A DNA stretch of 64,000 bases, from positions 1-64,000 of IMG/VR virus record IMGVR_UViG_3300035565_000044; one strand, given 5' to 3'. A program made the position numbers and the translations under genes. Positions 38,939 through 47,444 of this stretch are shown here, piece after piece. The notes under the pieces are model-generated. The model made no database searches. It was not told the origin of the DNA and saw nothing but the letters and a program-made list of their open reading frames with translations. Positions within the stretch are counted from its first letter, which is position 1. The number at the start of each line of letters is the position of its first letter. This stretch comes from a virus.

Positions 38939-39025
38939 TGGTCACGGACTGCGGACTTGAACCGAAGACTTCCACCTAATAGATTGCTCTAGGGCGGTGG
39001 CGTTCTACCATTAAACTACCCGCAA
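38939..39025 (-). tRNA. Atypical tRNA-like gene with a 19-nt anticodon loop containing a hairpin
   Basis: D arm GTTT-AATGGTA-GAAC; anticodon stem CCACC/GGTGG; T loop TTCAAGT; 3' CCA. Confidence 0.7.
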
Positions 39026-39028
39026 CAA

Positions 39029-39100
39029 TGGCGCTCCTACACAGGATCGAACTGTGATTTTCAGGATTGAAAGCCTTATCCCTCACCAGAGGATAGGAGC
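39029..39100 (-). tRNA. tRNA-Glu(TTC)-like, with a shortened D loop and irregular anticodon arm
   Basis: Perfect acceptor stem GCTCCTA/TAGGAGC + GCCA; T arm CACAG-TTCGATC-CTGTG; loop CTTTCAA(T). Confidence 0.75.
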
Positions 39101-39110
39101 ATATACTACT

Positions 39111-39170
39111 CGTTACGTCACGTCAAGTTACGGGGCAAAGCGTCAAGACACGATACGATGCATCATGGAA
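39111..39170 (-). repeat. CGY-NN pentamer array 5 (about 12 units)
   Basis: NN: TC GA AT AT GT GA TT CC AA GA GA AA; ends 10 nt before the 5' end of tRNA-Glu. Confidence 0.9.
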
Positions 39171-39234
39171 ACATAATACTAGAGGGAAATGGATGGGGTC
39201 CACTCCCCTCTAGTACGGCCACGGTTCTCTACAG

Positions 39235-40875
39235 TTAGAGAACGTGATGGGCAATCTTCTCTACTATTTCCTTCAATGCCTTGAGCTCGTCATCTACGTT
39301 CGAGCTCTTATCGAGCATGGCTGTAAACTGACGACCAGCATGCTGATTAGGAGACACAGTCTCCGCATCACCGCCACTGGCGAACTCATGATGATGCTTC
39401 ATTCCGATAGCTGCATCAGCAATGTCTTGACCGATCAGTACAGAACGACCATCCATGATAGCGCTCAGCTTGGCGGACTTGCAAACCTCAGCAATAGTAG
39501 CTGGAGTGAAGCTATTCATGATGCGAACTGCGTCAGAAATATCTTCACCATTCCCCAGAAGTTCACCAGAGAACGCCCGGATCATACGATCCATGGTCTT
39601 GGCGTCAGGCAAGCTAACGTTGACGATAACGTCGAGACGCCCAGCGCGCCGAACAGCAGGTGTGATCTTTTCAGCGTGGTTCGTTGTAAATACGCTGATA
39701 ATCTGGTCATTCTTGCTCAAAACGCCGTCAAGCGTATTGAGAAGATCGTTCGTCAAATCTTGACCACGGTCATTCGTAACGCGGTCAATGTCTTCAACAA
39801 ATACAAGGCAAGGCTGGAAACGCTTGGCAAACTCCAGGGTTTCACGAAGACCCTTAGGGTTATCAACCAGAATGAAAGTCCAACCGTTCTGCACAGCAAG
39901 GGCGGCGGCGGCGCGTCCGGTAAGAGACTTACCCATGCCGTATTTGCTGCTGAGAAGAACCTTGCGGCTCAAACTAATTCCAGCCTTAACGCACTCAACG
40001 CGCTTACGGATTGGAGTGAAGAGAGACATATTCAACAGACGAGTAACGTCTTCGTTGAAAATCAAATCATCAACACTGATGCCGCTAACGTCAATAAACT
40101 TGGGCTCGCTTCCCTCGATAATGTTACCATTACCGTTGATGGAAAGGCGCAACGCCTTGGCCTTGTAGATAGACTCGCTGGCGATAAGCTTTTTCGTAAG
40201 AGCGATGAGGTCAAGAACGGCCTTGCGGTCCTTCGTCTTAACTTCAGCGTTCACATAGAATGAAAACTTTCCTGTACGACGATCCCTATCAAATCCAGTA
40301 GTGACGTTTCCGTCAATGCCAGGGAGATCGTAACGTCCAACCGGAACCATCACAGAGTCTTCTGGCTTATGGCTCAACTGCACGGTGCGCCATTCAGGCT
40401 TAACCTTGACAGGTCCGAAGAAACCCTGGACAGTGTACGACTTAACGTCGCTAAGGTGATAAGTCTGACGCAGAGCCTTCACGAACGCCACAGCGGCGTC
40501 ATAGGGATATGCGTCAAAATACTCTTCAACTTCACACTCTTCGTTCTGCGCCCTAGCATGGTCAGCGAGAATCTTGGATGCGGCTTCCGAGGTCATCTTA
40601 ATCGGAAGTCCAGGAAGCGTAATGCCCTTGCTGTCCATGTCATGGACGATAGCAGGTTCAACCTTGTTCCACAGCATTTCCGCAAATACAGCCTTATCGC
40701 TGTCGGGAAGAGCGTCGTAAAAAGCGCTGGCGTCAGTGTGGACGCCGTTGGCGTGTCCATTAGAAAATGAATTTGCCGCAGAGGCCATAGTATTAATGTT
40801 TGCCACTCCAACTTTCCTTTCGTTACCGTACTTCTTATTCAGTCTTTCAATGATCTGAGCGTCGGTTTCAGCCAT
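39235..40875 (-). CDS. AAA+ ATPase
   Basis: Walker A SKYGMGKS, Walker B VFVEDID, SRH TTNH..RRAGRLD. Confidence 0.9.
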   Translation of the reverse strand: MAETDAQIIERLNKKYGNERKVGVANINTMASAANSFSNGHANGVHTDASAFYDALPDSDKAVFAEMLWNKVEPAIVHDMDSKGITLPGLPIKMTSEAASKILADHARAQNEECEVEEYFDAYPYDAAVAFVKALRQTYHLSDVKSYTVQGFFGPVKVKPEWRTVQLSHKPEDSVMVPVGRYDLPGIDGNVTTGFDRDRRTGKFSFYVNAEVKTKDRKAVLDLIALTKKLIASESIYKAKALRLSINGNGNIIEGSEPKFIDVSGISVDDLIFNEDVTRLLNMSLFTPIRKRVECVKAGISLSRKVLLSSKYGMGKSLTGRAAAALAVQNGWTFILVDNPKGLRETLEFAKRFQPCLVFVEDIDRVTNDRGQDLTNDLLNTLDGVLSKNDQIISVFTTNHAEKITPAVRRAGRLDVIVNVSLPDAKTMDRMIRAFSGELLGNGEDISDAVRIMNSFTPATIAEVCKSAKLSAIMDGRSVLIGQDIADAAIGMKHHHEFASGGDAETVSPNQHAGRQFTAMLDKSSNVDDELKALKEIVEKIAHHVL

Positions 40876-40943
40876 GGATCACTTTCTCCTCTTGTCTATC
40901 CGAACCGGATGCTTTCGTCAACCACTAATTTGCAGAAAATTCG

Positions 40944-40959
40944 TTAATAATTAGTTAAC
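40944..40959. promoter_or_regulatory. CtrA-type box upstream of the AAA+ ATPase
   Basis: TTAA-TAATTAG-TTAAC (TTAA-N7-TTAAC). Confidence 0.5.
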
Positions 40960-41304
40960 ATGAGCCATTGGCGGCGGAGCTAACCAGAACCCTGTTTCCT
41001 CCATAAAATTGTCCCGCTGCTCAAGCGTCGCATGACAACGGACCAGGACAGCGCACTGTTTATATCTAGCATCAAATGCGTAAACTCTGCTGATGCCCAT
41101 CCTATGGCGCAAGGCGGCCTCGAAAAACGTTCCTAGGCTTGCCTTAGACAGATTGAGAGACCTATGCGGCCTCCCGTCTCTGGGGTATTCTCCAGCGTCC
41201 CAAGGGAATTGGCCATAGACGTTTGGATTGTATTTGTTTCCAATCTCTATGGCTCTTTCGATTTCGGCGCTGAATTTCTTATTTAAAGTTTCTTGAATGG
41301 ACAT
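40951..41304 (-). CDS. Hypothetical protein
   Basis: 117 aa, co-oriented with neighbours. Confidence 0.6.
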   Translation of the reverse strand: MSIQETLNKKFSAEIERAIEIGNKYNPNVYGQFPWDAGEYPRDGRPHRSLNLSKASLGTFFEAALRHRMGISRVYAFDARYKQCAVLVRCHATLEQRDNFMEETGFWLAPPPMAHVN

Positions 41305-41308
41305 AAGA

Positions 41309-41363
41309 CGTTGCGTTATGTTGTGATGCGAGACGTAACGGCGAGTTACGATACGACGTGGTG
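41309..41363 (-). repeat. CGY-NN pentamer array 6 (11 units)
   Basis: NN: AC GT AT AA GC TA CT AT AA AA AA; fills almost the whole intergenic gap. Confidence 0.9.
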
Positions 41364-41642
41364 TTACTCAGGCGGGCGCCATCCTTCTTTGGTAAGCGCC
41401 GCCATAGCCAATCTAGCGTACTCTTCAGCTAAAACTCTACATCCATCAATGACATCTTCACCACGGTAATGGATATCTGGCCTGGACCTTGGGCATAATT
41501 CGCATGTTTTCTTATCTCCAATCTGTCCATTGTTGCGGCATAAATGCCTACACATGGTCCAGGTTAAGAGATCACTCGGGCGTGGTTGCCTGCACATGTC
41601 CCGGATCGTTATCGGGATGAATTCCTCTTTCGTCTTCGTCAT
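41364..41642 (-). CDS. Cys-rich hypothetical protein
   Basis: C..C motifs; RBS GAGGA. Confidence 0.5.
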   Translation of the reverse strand: MTKTKEEFIPITIRDMCRQPRPSDLLTWTMCRHLCRNNGQIGDKKTCELCPRSRPDIHYRGEDVIDGCRVLAEEYARLAMAALTKEGWRPPE

Positions 41643-41802
41643 TGAGATATTCCTCAAGGATAACAATACCTTTACGTAGAGAAGCGGCGGCTACGTCTGT
41701 TTTGCAGCCGTTGAATGTAGAACCACGCCCACACTGAGATAGCATGGTGGCTAATTTTCTAATTTTGGTTAAATCTTCTTGAGAGAAGTGGCTTTGCGGC
41801 AT
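41572..41802 (-). CDS. Hypothetical protein
   Basis: Start trimmed to the ATG downstream of array 7 and its parS site. Confidence 0.45.
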   Translation of the reverse strand: MPQSHFSQEDLTKIRKLATMLSQCGRGSTFNGCKTDVAAASLRKGIVILEEYLNDEDERGIHPDNDPGHVQATTPE

Positions 41803-41803
41803 T

Positions 41804-41819
41804 TGTTCCACGTGAAAAT
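41804..41819. promoter_or_regulatory. parS-like palindrome 7 (at the 3' end of array 7)
   Basis: TGTTCCACGTGAAAAT. Confidence 0.65.
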
Positions 41820-41820
41820 A

Positions 41821-41880
41821 CGTTGCGTTATGATGCGGAGAGATACGATGCGCCACGTGACGTCAAGTTGCGCTGCGTCA
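41821..41880 (-). repeat. CGY-NN pentamer array 7 (12 units)
   Basis: NN: GA AG AA GA CA GG AT AT TC AT AA AA. Confidence 0.9.
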
Positions 41881-41887
41881 TCCGATT

Positions 41888-41916
41888 CAGATAGTCCACC
41901 TAGCGGGAGGAGTCAA
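41888..41916 (-). promoter_or_regulatory. Leftward sigma70-like promoter initiating at array 7
   Basis: TTGACT-N17-TATCTG; predicted start site about 41881. Confidence 0.6.
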
Positions 41917-41974
41917 CCCTCAAAAATTGTCCACACCCCCTTTCAAAAAAAGTCCAACATGTTACGTTTTCGTA

Positions 41975-42003
41975 TTGACTTCCAACCGGGCGCGTTGTAA
42001 AAT
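41975..42003 (+). promoter_or_regulatory. Rightward sigma70-like promoter for the replication genes
   Basis: TTGACT-N17-TAAAAT with an upstream A tract. Confidence 0.7.
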
Positions 42004-42481
42004 TTTTACTATGCTGCTATTGGCAGGCCCAGACAGAGATAACTCCCTAAAATCGAAGAATATCGCAACCAGATAGGTGAAAACCTTCCTGGTTTTCCGT
42101 GTTTATCACTCATTTGGTTAAAAATCGATGCCAGGACAGAATGTATGGATTGCTTCCATTTTTTCTGAAGCAAACGGCCATGCGCAGAATCATCTAGACT
42201 TCGGCGCCGCGAATCGTTTAAGGTCCGGAAACGAACAAAGGCCGGTGCTCCCTGAGAAAGAGCAACCGGCCTTCAAAAAGCATAAATCTGAACAGTGCCC
42301 CTCGCAAGAGCAATTCAGAAAGGAACTTTAGAAACCAAGCTTGGGCTATCTAGCTTCAGCTAAAGGCGGCTTTTGCCGTTCCAGGCGCCAACTTTACTTC
42401 TGGCGTCAACCAATGTCCGCTCCGAACGCGTCAGGTCGCCTTGACGTGTAACGGACCTATGCGCTCCAGTCAAGGAAAAAT

Positions 42482-43843
42482 ATGACAAACTTTAAAAATA
42501 GCGTTGCCGTCGCCCCTCTCGCCAACCATGAGCTGGAGAAGGCGCTGCTCAGCTCCATACTTAACACCCCTGATATATTTGATAAAATTGGGGACTCTAT
42601 CCTCCCTGAATTCTTTAGCTCCCCCCTCCACCGGGCTCTGTACACGCGCCTGTCTGCGTTCCTTATGCGGGGAGAGCGGGTCAATCCACTCTTGCTGACT
42701 AAAGATATGAATGATGAAAGTAAGAAAGAGGTAAAGGAAATATCTGATTACCACTCAGATGGTTCTCTTGCCGAAAGTAACCTGGAAGCCCTTCGGGAGC
42801 TATGGCAAAGGCGCGAGCTCCAGAGAATGTGCGATGAGGGAGCGGCGCTTGCTTCTACGGACATGGCACCTGAAGCGTTGATCAACAAGCTTGAGGAGAA
42901 ATTATATAAAATAGCTATTCCCGTGGAAAGCGAAATGGTTTCTTCTGCTCAAGCTTATAAAGAGCTTATGGATGAAATTAAGGCGCGTGTTGATAAGGCT
43001 AATGAGACTTTTCCCCGCACTCCCATTCTCCCAGGTCTAAGAAGTGGCTTCGAACAGCTAGATGACATGTTAGGTGGCCTCCAAGAAGGACACTGTATAC
43101 TTCTTGGAGCTCGTCCGTCTATGGGAAAAACGGCCTTATTAGGGAACATATCCCATAACGTAGCTGCTGCTGGAGACCCTGTTGGATTTATAACCTATGA
43201 AATGACTGTTGAGCAGTTACTCTTACGGGCGGCGGCGTCTGAGGCAAGTGTTAGCTCAGACGCACTCAACCGTGGAGACCTCAGCGATCCACAACTTATC
43301 AAGTTCCAAGAAGATTCTGGTTGCTTGGCGCATCTCCCCATACACTACGTATACAACCCAGGTAACATTGACAAGCTACTGACAGTCATGAGGAAGCTTG
43401 TTAGAGTTAAGAAATGCAAGCTTATCATCATAGATTACGTTAATCTTATACCTGGAGGTATAGGAAGAGATGCTACAGAGAAGCTTGGAAACATCTCTGC
43501 TTCTCTGAAAATGGCGGCTGGACGCCTTGGAATTCCAATTATCATAGCTTGTCAGCTCAATAGAAACCTAGAGTCTAGAGACGACCAAAGACCACAGCTC
43601 TCTGATCTAAAGCAGTCTGGTAATCTAGAACAGGATGCTGACGCTGTTATTTTTCTTCACAGAGAAATATACTTTGTTGAGCGTAGGCGCCCAGATGTTT
43701 CTGATCCAAAATTTTCAGCTTGGCAGGCTGATTGCAACAGATGGCGTGGAAGGGCTGAGATCCTTCTTAGAAAAAACCGCCATGGCCGTATAGGAGAATC
43801 CGAAATAAACTTTAACGAGTCCACCACCAAATTCTCTAATTGA
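42482..43843 (+). CDS. dnaB: Replicative DNA helicase DnaB
   Basis: GARPSMGKT, YEM, IIIDYV, QLNR..E.R...RP.LSDLKQSG.LEQDAD and KNRHG motifs. Confidence 0.95.
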   Translation: MTNFKNSVAVAPLANHELEKALLSSILNTPDIFDKIGDSILPEFFSSPLHRALYTRLSAFLMRGERVNPLLLTKDMNDESKKEVKEISDYHSDGSLAESNLEALRELWQRRELQRMCDEGAALASTDMAPEALINKLEEKLYKIAIPVESEMVSSAQAYKELMDEIKARVDKANETFPRTPILPGLRSGFEQLDDMLGGLQEGHCILLGARPSMGKTALLGNISHNVAAAGDPVGFITYEMTVEQLLLRAAASEASVSSDALNRGDLSDPQLIKFQEDSGCLAHLPIHYVYNPGNIDKLLTVMRKLVRVKKCKLIIIDYVNLIPGGIGRDATEKLGNISASLKMAAGRLGIPIIIACQLNRNLESRDDQRPQLSDLKQSGNLEQDADAVIFLHREIYFVERRRPDVSDPKFSAWQADCNRWRGRAEILLRKNRHGRIGESEINFNESTTKFSN

Positions 43844-43909
43844 GAAAAATAAGAGAAAAATAAGAAGAACATAAGAATTGATCTTCTTTCTCACACAGTT
43901 TAAAATAAA

Positions 43910-43938
43910 AAAAGGAGGCTGTAAGCAAGCCTCCTTTT
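43910..43938. terminator. Bidirectional terminator-like hairpin
   Basis: AAAAGGAGGCT-GTAAGCA-AGCCTCCTTTT. Confidence 0.6.
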
Positions 43939-43976
43939 AATAAAGAATAGAAACCCTAACCCATAAGGGACTTCCT

Positions 43977-45329
43977 ATGGCCGATTCTACTGCACAAAAA
44001 AATAATGTCAATAAGTTTTTGCCAGAGTACGAATCACAGAGTGTTTTCCGCTCAGACGGGGCTGACTACGCATACACACTGGTATCTAACAGACTGCTCC
44101 AAGACTCTGGCATTGATTGGGAAACCAGGGGAATGATTGCGGACCTGCTGAGCAGGCCAAAGGACTGGGATATTAGCGTTATGGGGCTGGTGGCTATGGC
44201 CAATGGCCTAACTAAGAAAGCAAAAATTTATAGGATGATAAACGCCGCTATGGCGAGTGGGTACATCCGACGCTTTACCAAGCGTGGCGCCGATGGACGT
44301 GTGGCTGGATATACGTATGTCGTATCAGACAACCCTTCTCGCCTTGCACTGCTTTCCGATTTTCAGGAAACTGCTAAGCAGGAAGCTGAAAAACAGCCAC
44401 AACAAAGTAAAGATCTTAAAAAAGTAAAAACAGAAAAAAAATACACAGCGCCAACATCGCATTTCCCACATTTTGAAGAGGACATGGAAACAAAAACTCC
44501 CCCCATCCCCCAAGGGGGGAGTGGTCATTCCTGCGTCATGACCGTTCGTGAAAACGCCGAGCCTACAAGCCAACCATCCCAACCAACGTGGGAGGACGAG
44601 GAAGGGTTTGTTAACCATATTAAGATAGACGACTCCGCTACTCATTCCACTTCAATGGTATCCAGCCTTGAGGAAACGCCAGAAGCGGTGAAAGCTGAAA
44701 CCCTGGTCCTGACGCCCCCAGAGCCAGAAGCGCCGTCTGTGACGCGTAAGAAGGCCAAGAAAGCGCCTTCTACGAAGCTGGACCACAATACCGACCCTGA
44801 GTTTGGAAAATTCTGGGATAAATACCCAAATAAGAAAGGAAAGGCTGGCTCTTACGCCCATTGGAAGAGATTTTGTAAGGATAAACCGGAGCTGGCTTCT
44901 CTTTTGCCACAGGCCGCTATGGAATACGAGAGCGATCTTCGTAGGCAGTACAAGAGCGCTTCTGAGGCTAAGCAGCGCACCTGCTGTGGATATAATTGGT
45001 TCAACAAAGGTCTCCATGAGTACTATGTTGATGTTATAATTGAGAGAAGTAAGCCACAGCCTGTGGAAAATTCAGAAAGCCAATTAGAGCAACGTGCACG
45101 CGAAGAACGCGAGAGAGTCGCTAGGGTAGCTGAAGCATGTTCTGAAACTAAGCGGGCTAGGTTCGTTGAATTCTTGTCAAAGGTGTACTCCAACGTTAAA
45201 GACGCATGGAACGAAAAGGTTATTGAATATTTCCATGCCCGTAAGTACTGGGATATCGACGCCCTTATCCCAGTTGATGTGAAGAATGAAGCCAGGGCTG
45301 CTATCGGAGCTCCACTTCTGGCTTGTTAG
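43977..45329 (+). CDS. Phage replication initiator (winged-helix N-terminus)
   Basis: YTLVSN.LLQD..I.W..RG....LLSRP.DW..GYI.R; C-terminal F..FW..YP.K.GK. Confidence 0.75.
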   Translation: MADSTAQKNNVNKFLPEYESQSVFRSDGADYAYTLVSNRLLQDSGIDWETRGMIADLLSRPKDWDISVMGLVAMANGLTKKAKIYRMINAAMASGYIRRFTKRGADGRVAGYTYVVSDNPSRLALLSDFQETAKQEAEKQPQQSKDLKKVKTEKKYTAPTSHFPHFEEDMETKTPPIPQGGSGHSCVMTVRENAEPTSQPSQPTWEDEEGFVNHIKIDDSATHSTSMVSSLEETPEAVKAETLVLTPPEPEAPSVTRKKAKKAPSTKLDHNTDPEFGKFWDKYPNKKGKAGSYAHWKRFCKDKPELASLLPQAAMEYESDLRRQYKSASEAKQRTCCGYNWFNKGLHEYYVDVIIERSKPQPVENSESQLEQRAREERERVARVAEACSETKRARFVEFLSKVYSNVKDAWNEKVIEYFHARKYWDIDALIPVDVKNEARAAIGAPLLAC

Positions 45330-45344
45330 AAAGGAAAGATTACC

Positions 45345-46253
45345 ATGTCCGAAAGGTTTACCGACGCCGCCCGCTCCAGGGGCTTGCTTATACAAACTCC
45401 CATTGCTGATGGGACTGTTCACCGAGTACGCACTTCTGACAAACCCCACTCCCGAAATGGCGCCTACGTGCTCTTTACCAACGGCCGGGGATGGTTCGAA
45501 AACCACGCTGACGGCATGGGGCGTCAGGAATACGCTCCAGAGTCTAAGGGCGGGCTCACAGCGGCCGAAAGGTATGAGGCTAGGATTAGGGTAGCCGAAG
45601 AGAGAAAGCGGTTCCAGGAGGCTCGCACAGAGGAATACAGAGCGGCTGCGCTGGAGGCCAAGGATCTCTTTGGCAGAGGGCTTATGGTCAAGGCGCATGG
45701 CTATCTGAGCGCTAAAGGCGTCCTCCCTCACGGACTGCGCGTTTTGGACGGCGCATTGCTTGTCCCAGTTCGAGACGCGAATGGGAACTGGCAGAGCTTG
45801 CAAAGGATTTTTTTAAATGGTTCAAAAACCTTTCTAAAGGGCGGGAGACTTGAAGGGGGGATGTTTGTCATTGGCAACATATACCCTGAAGGGGCGGCGC
45901 TGGTTGCCGAGGGTTACAGTACTGGGGCGACTATCTATGAGGCGACGGGTTGCGCTACGATTGTGGCGTTCAACTGTGGAAACCTTACAAAGGTGGCTAG
46001 GTCCCTTAGGAAGAGATATCCTAAGTTGAAAATAATCATTTGCGCTGACGATGACCGGAACACGCGTGGAAACCCAGGACTGACAAGCGCGAGCGAAGCG
46101 GCTAGGGCGGTGGGTGGTTATCTGGCCAAACCAAATGTTAAAAAAGGTAGCGACTTCAACGATATGTGTGCTGAACTAGGCATGCAAGAGGTTAGGCGCG
46201 CGCTTATGGCGGTAGTGAAAGGTTGCATGGCAGAGCCGGATCGTGGTAAGTAG
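45345..46253 (+). CDS. TOPRIM-domain primase (TraC-like)
   Basis: H.YL..KGV, LLVP, SLQRI, AEGYSTG, VAFN.GNL, ICADDD and DFND motifs. Confidence 0.9.
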   Translation: MSERFTDAARSRGLLIQTPIADGTVHRVRTSDKPHSRNGAYVLFTNGRGWFENHADGMGRQEYAPESKGGLTAAERYEARIRVAEERKRFQEARTEEYRAAALEAKDLFGRGLMVKAHGYLSAKGVLPHGLRVLDGALLVPVRDANGNWQSLQRIFLNGSKTFLKGGRLEGGMFVIGNIYPEGAALVAEGYSTGATIYEATGCATIVAFNCGNLTKVARSLRKRYPKLKIIICADDDRNTRGNPGLTSASEAARAVGGYLAKPNVKKGSDFNDMCAELGMQEVRRALMAVVKGCMAEPDRGK

Positions 46254-46259
46254 GAGCAT

Positions 46260-46319
46260 TAACGTTTCGCCTCGTAACGCATCATAACACGCCTCTCCTC
46301 TTCGCACCATAACGTAACG
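46260..46319 (+). repeat. CGY-NN pentamer array 8 (12 units)
   Basis: NN: AA TT CT AA AT AA GC TC TT AC AA AA. Confidence 0.9.
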
Positions 46320-46333
46320 TTTCATGTGAAACA
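46318..46333. promoter_or_regulatory. parS-like palindrome 8 (at the 3' end of array 8)
   Basis: CGTTTCATGTGAAACA. Confidence 0.65.
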
Positions 46334-46397
46334 ATGCGCTACCTTGACAAAATCGTTGAGATAGCGCATTGTGCTTTTGTATGCAAAATTGAAAGGG

Positions 46398-46757
46398 ATG
46401 AATATGTCTGAAGGGAATCAGTACAACTCTGGCGCCCGACCACGGGCTAACAGACTTTTACTCGGAAAGTTATACGAAAAGACTAGTCAGAGTGGACAAA
46501 AGTATTTTCAAGGCGTTCTTGGATTTCTAAAAGTCCTTGTTTTTCATGATGATAACGCGGAAGCGGGCAACGAATGGAATTTTTTCGTTGTAGAACGTGA
46601 TCCTTCAGAAACTAAGCCTCGTCAGATTAGTGGTCCACCTCAGCACCAGCCCAACGCTGTAGGCCAAGGCGGCGGATATGGCGCTCAGACGGCCCCCCGC
46701 CCCATACGCCAGCCGCGACAGTTGCCTCCAGAAGGTGGGAGCAATGACCCTTTCTAA
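46398..46757 (+). CDS. Putative ssDNA-binding protein
   Basis: Small beta domain, Pro/Gln/Gly linker and C-terminal DPF, an SSB-like tail. Confidence 0.55.
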   Translation: MNMSEGNQYNSGARPRANRLLLGKLYEKTSQSGQKYFQGVLGFLKVLVFHDDNAEAGNEWNFFVVERDPSETKPRQISGPPQHQPNAVGQGGGYGAQTAPRPIRQPRQLPPEGGSNDPF

Positions 46758-47298
46758 GCCTCCTAGAGGGTTCCTGACGCCTAGATGGGCGACAGAGGCT
46801 TTACTGTCCCATGTCGAACATTTGGTCAATGGCCTGGAGCCTGCGGCTGGTCAGGGGGGAATATCGAGAGTCTTGAAAGAAAGTGGTAAAAAAGTCGAAT
46901 CTTTTGATATTTACGAGCACAAGGACGATGGAATAACGGTTAACCGGCGTAACTTCCTCAGTCAGCATTGGGACGTTAAATATTCAAACTTTCGAATGAA
47001 ACTGAAAGCTTCGGATGGCGGGATTATCTGCCATCCACCCCAGCATCTATTCAAACAGTTTATCAAGAAAGCATTGACGCTAACCGAGCACCACGGGACA
47101 GTGGCGTTCTGGCTTAGTCATTCAATTGACACAGAGCTCTGCTACCAGGAGTTCTTCCATGGAAGCGACGCATTTTATAAAAAGATCGTTCCAATTCAAA
47201 GACTAAGACTATCGGATGATACTCTGGAGCCAATGGCGTGGTATATCTGGAGACATGGATATGGGGGAGTTCCGACTCTTCATTATGAAATAATTTAG
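46744..47298 (+). CDS. DNA methyltransferase-like protein with a degenerate catalytic motif
   Basis: TP.WAT.ALL and LEPAAG.G.I (motif I); IICHPPQ in place of IxNPPY. Confidence 0.65.
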   Translation: MTLSKPPRGFLTPRWATEALLSHVEHLVNGLEPAAGQGGISRVLKESGKKVESFDIYEHKDDGITVNRRNFLSQHWDVKYSNFRMKLKASDGGIICHPPQHLFKQFIKKALTLTEHHGTVAFWLSHSIDTELCYQEFFHGSDAFYKKIVPIQRLRLSDDTLEPMAWYIWRHGYGGVPTLHYEII

Positions 47299-47444
47299 GT
47301 GAGTAATGGGGCGTATGAGGAATAGAGCGGTTGATGGAGTGCGCCGCCATAGGCGTAAATTTTCAATTGACCGTGAGAAGGCTATTGAAAGCACTATAGA
47401 GGAAATGATATCCATCATGAATAGACTGATTATTTTAGTAAGAA

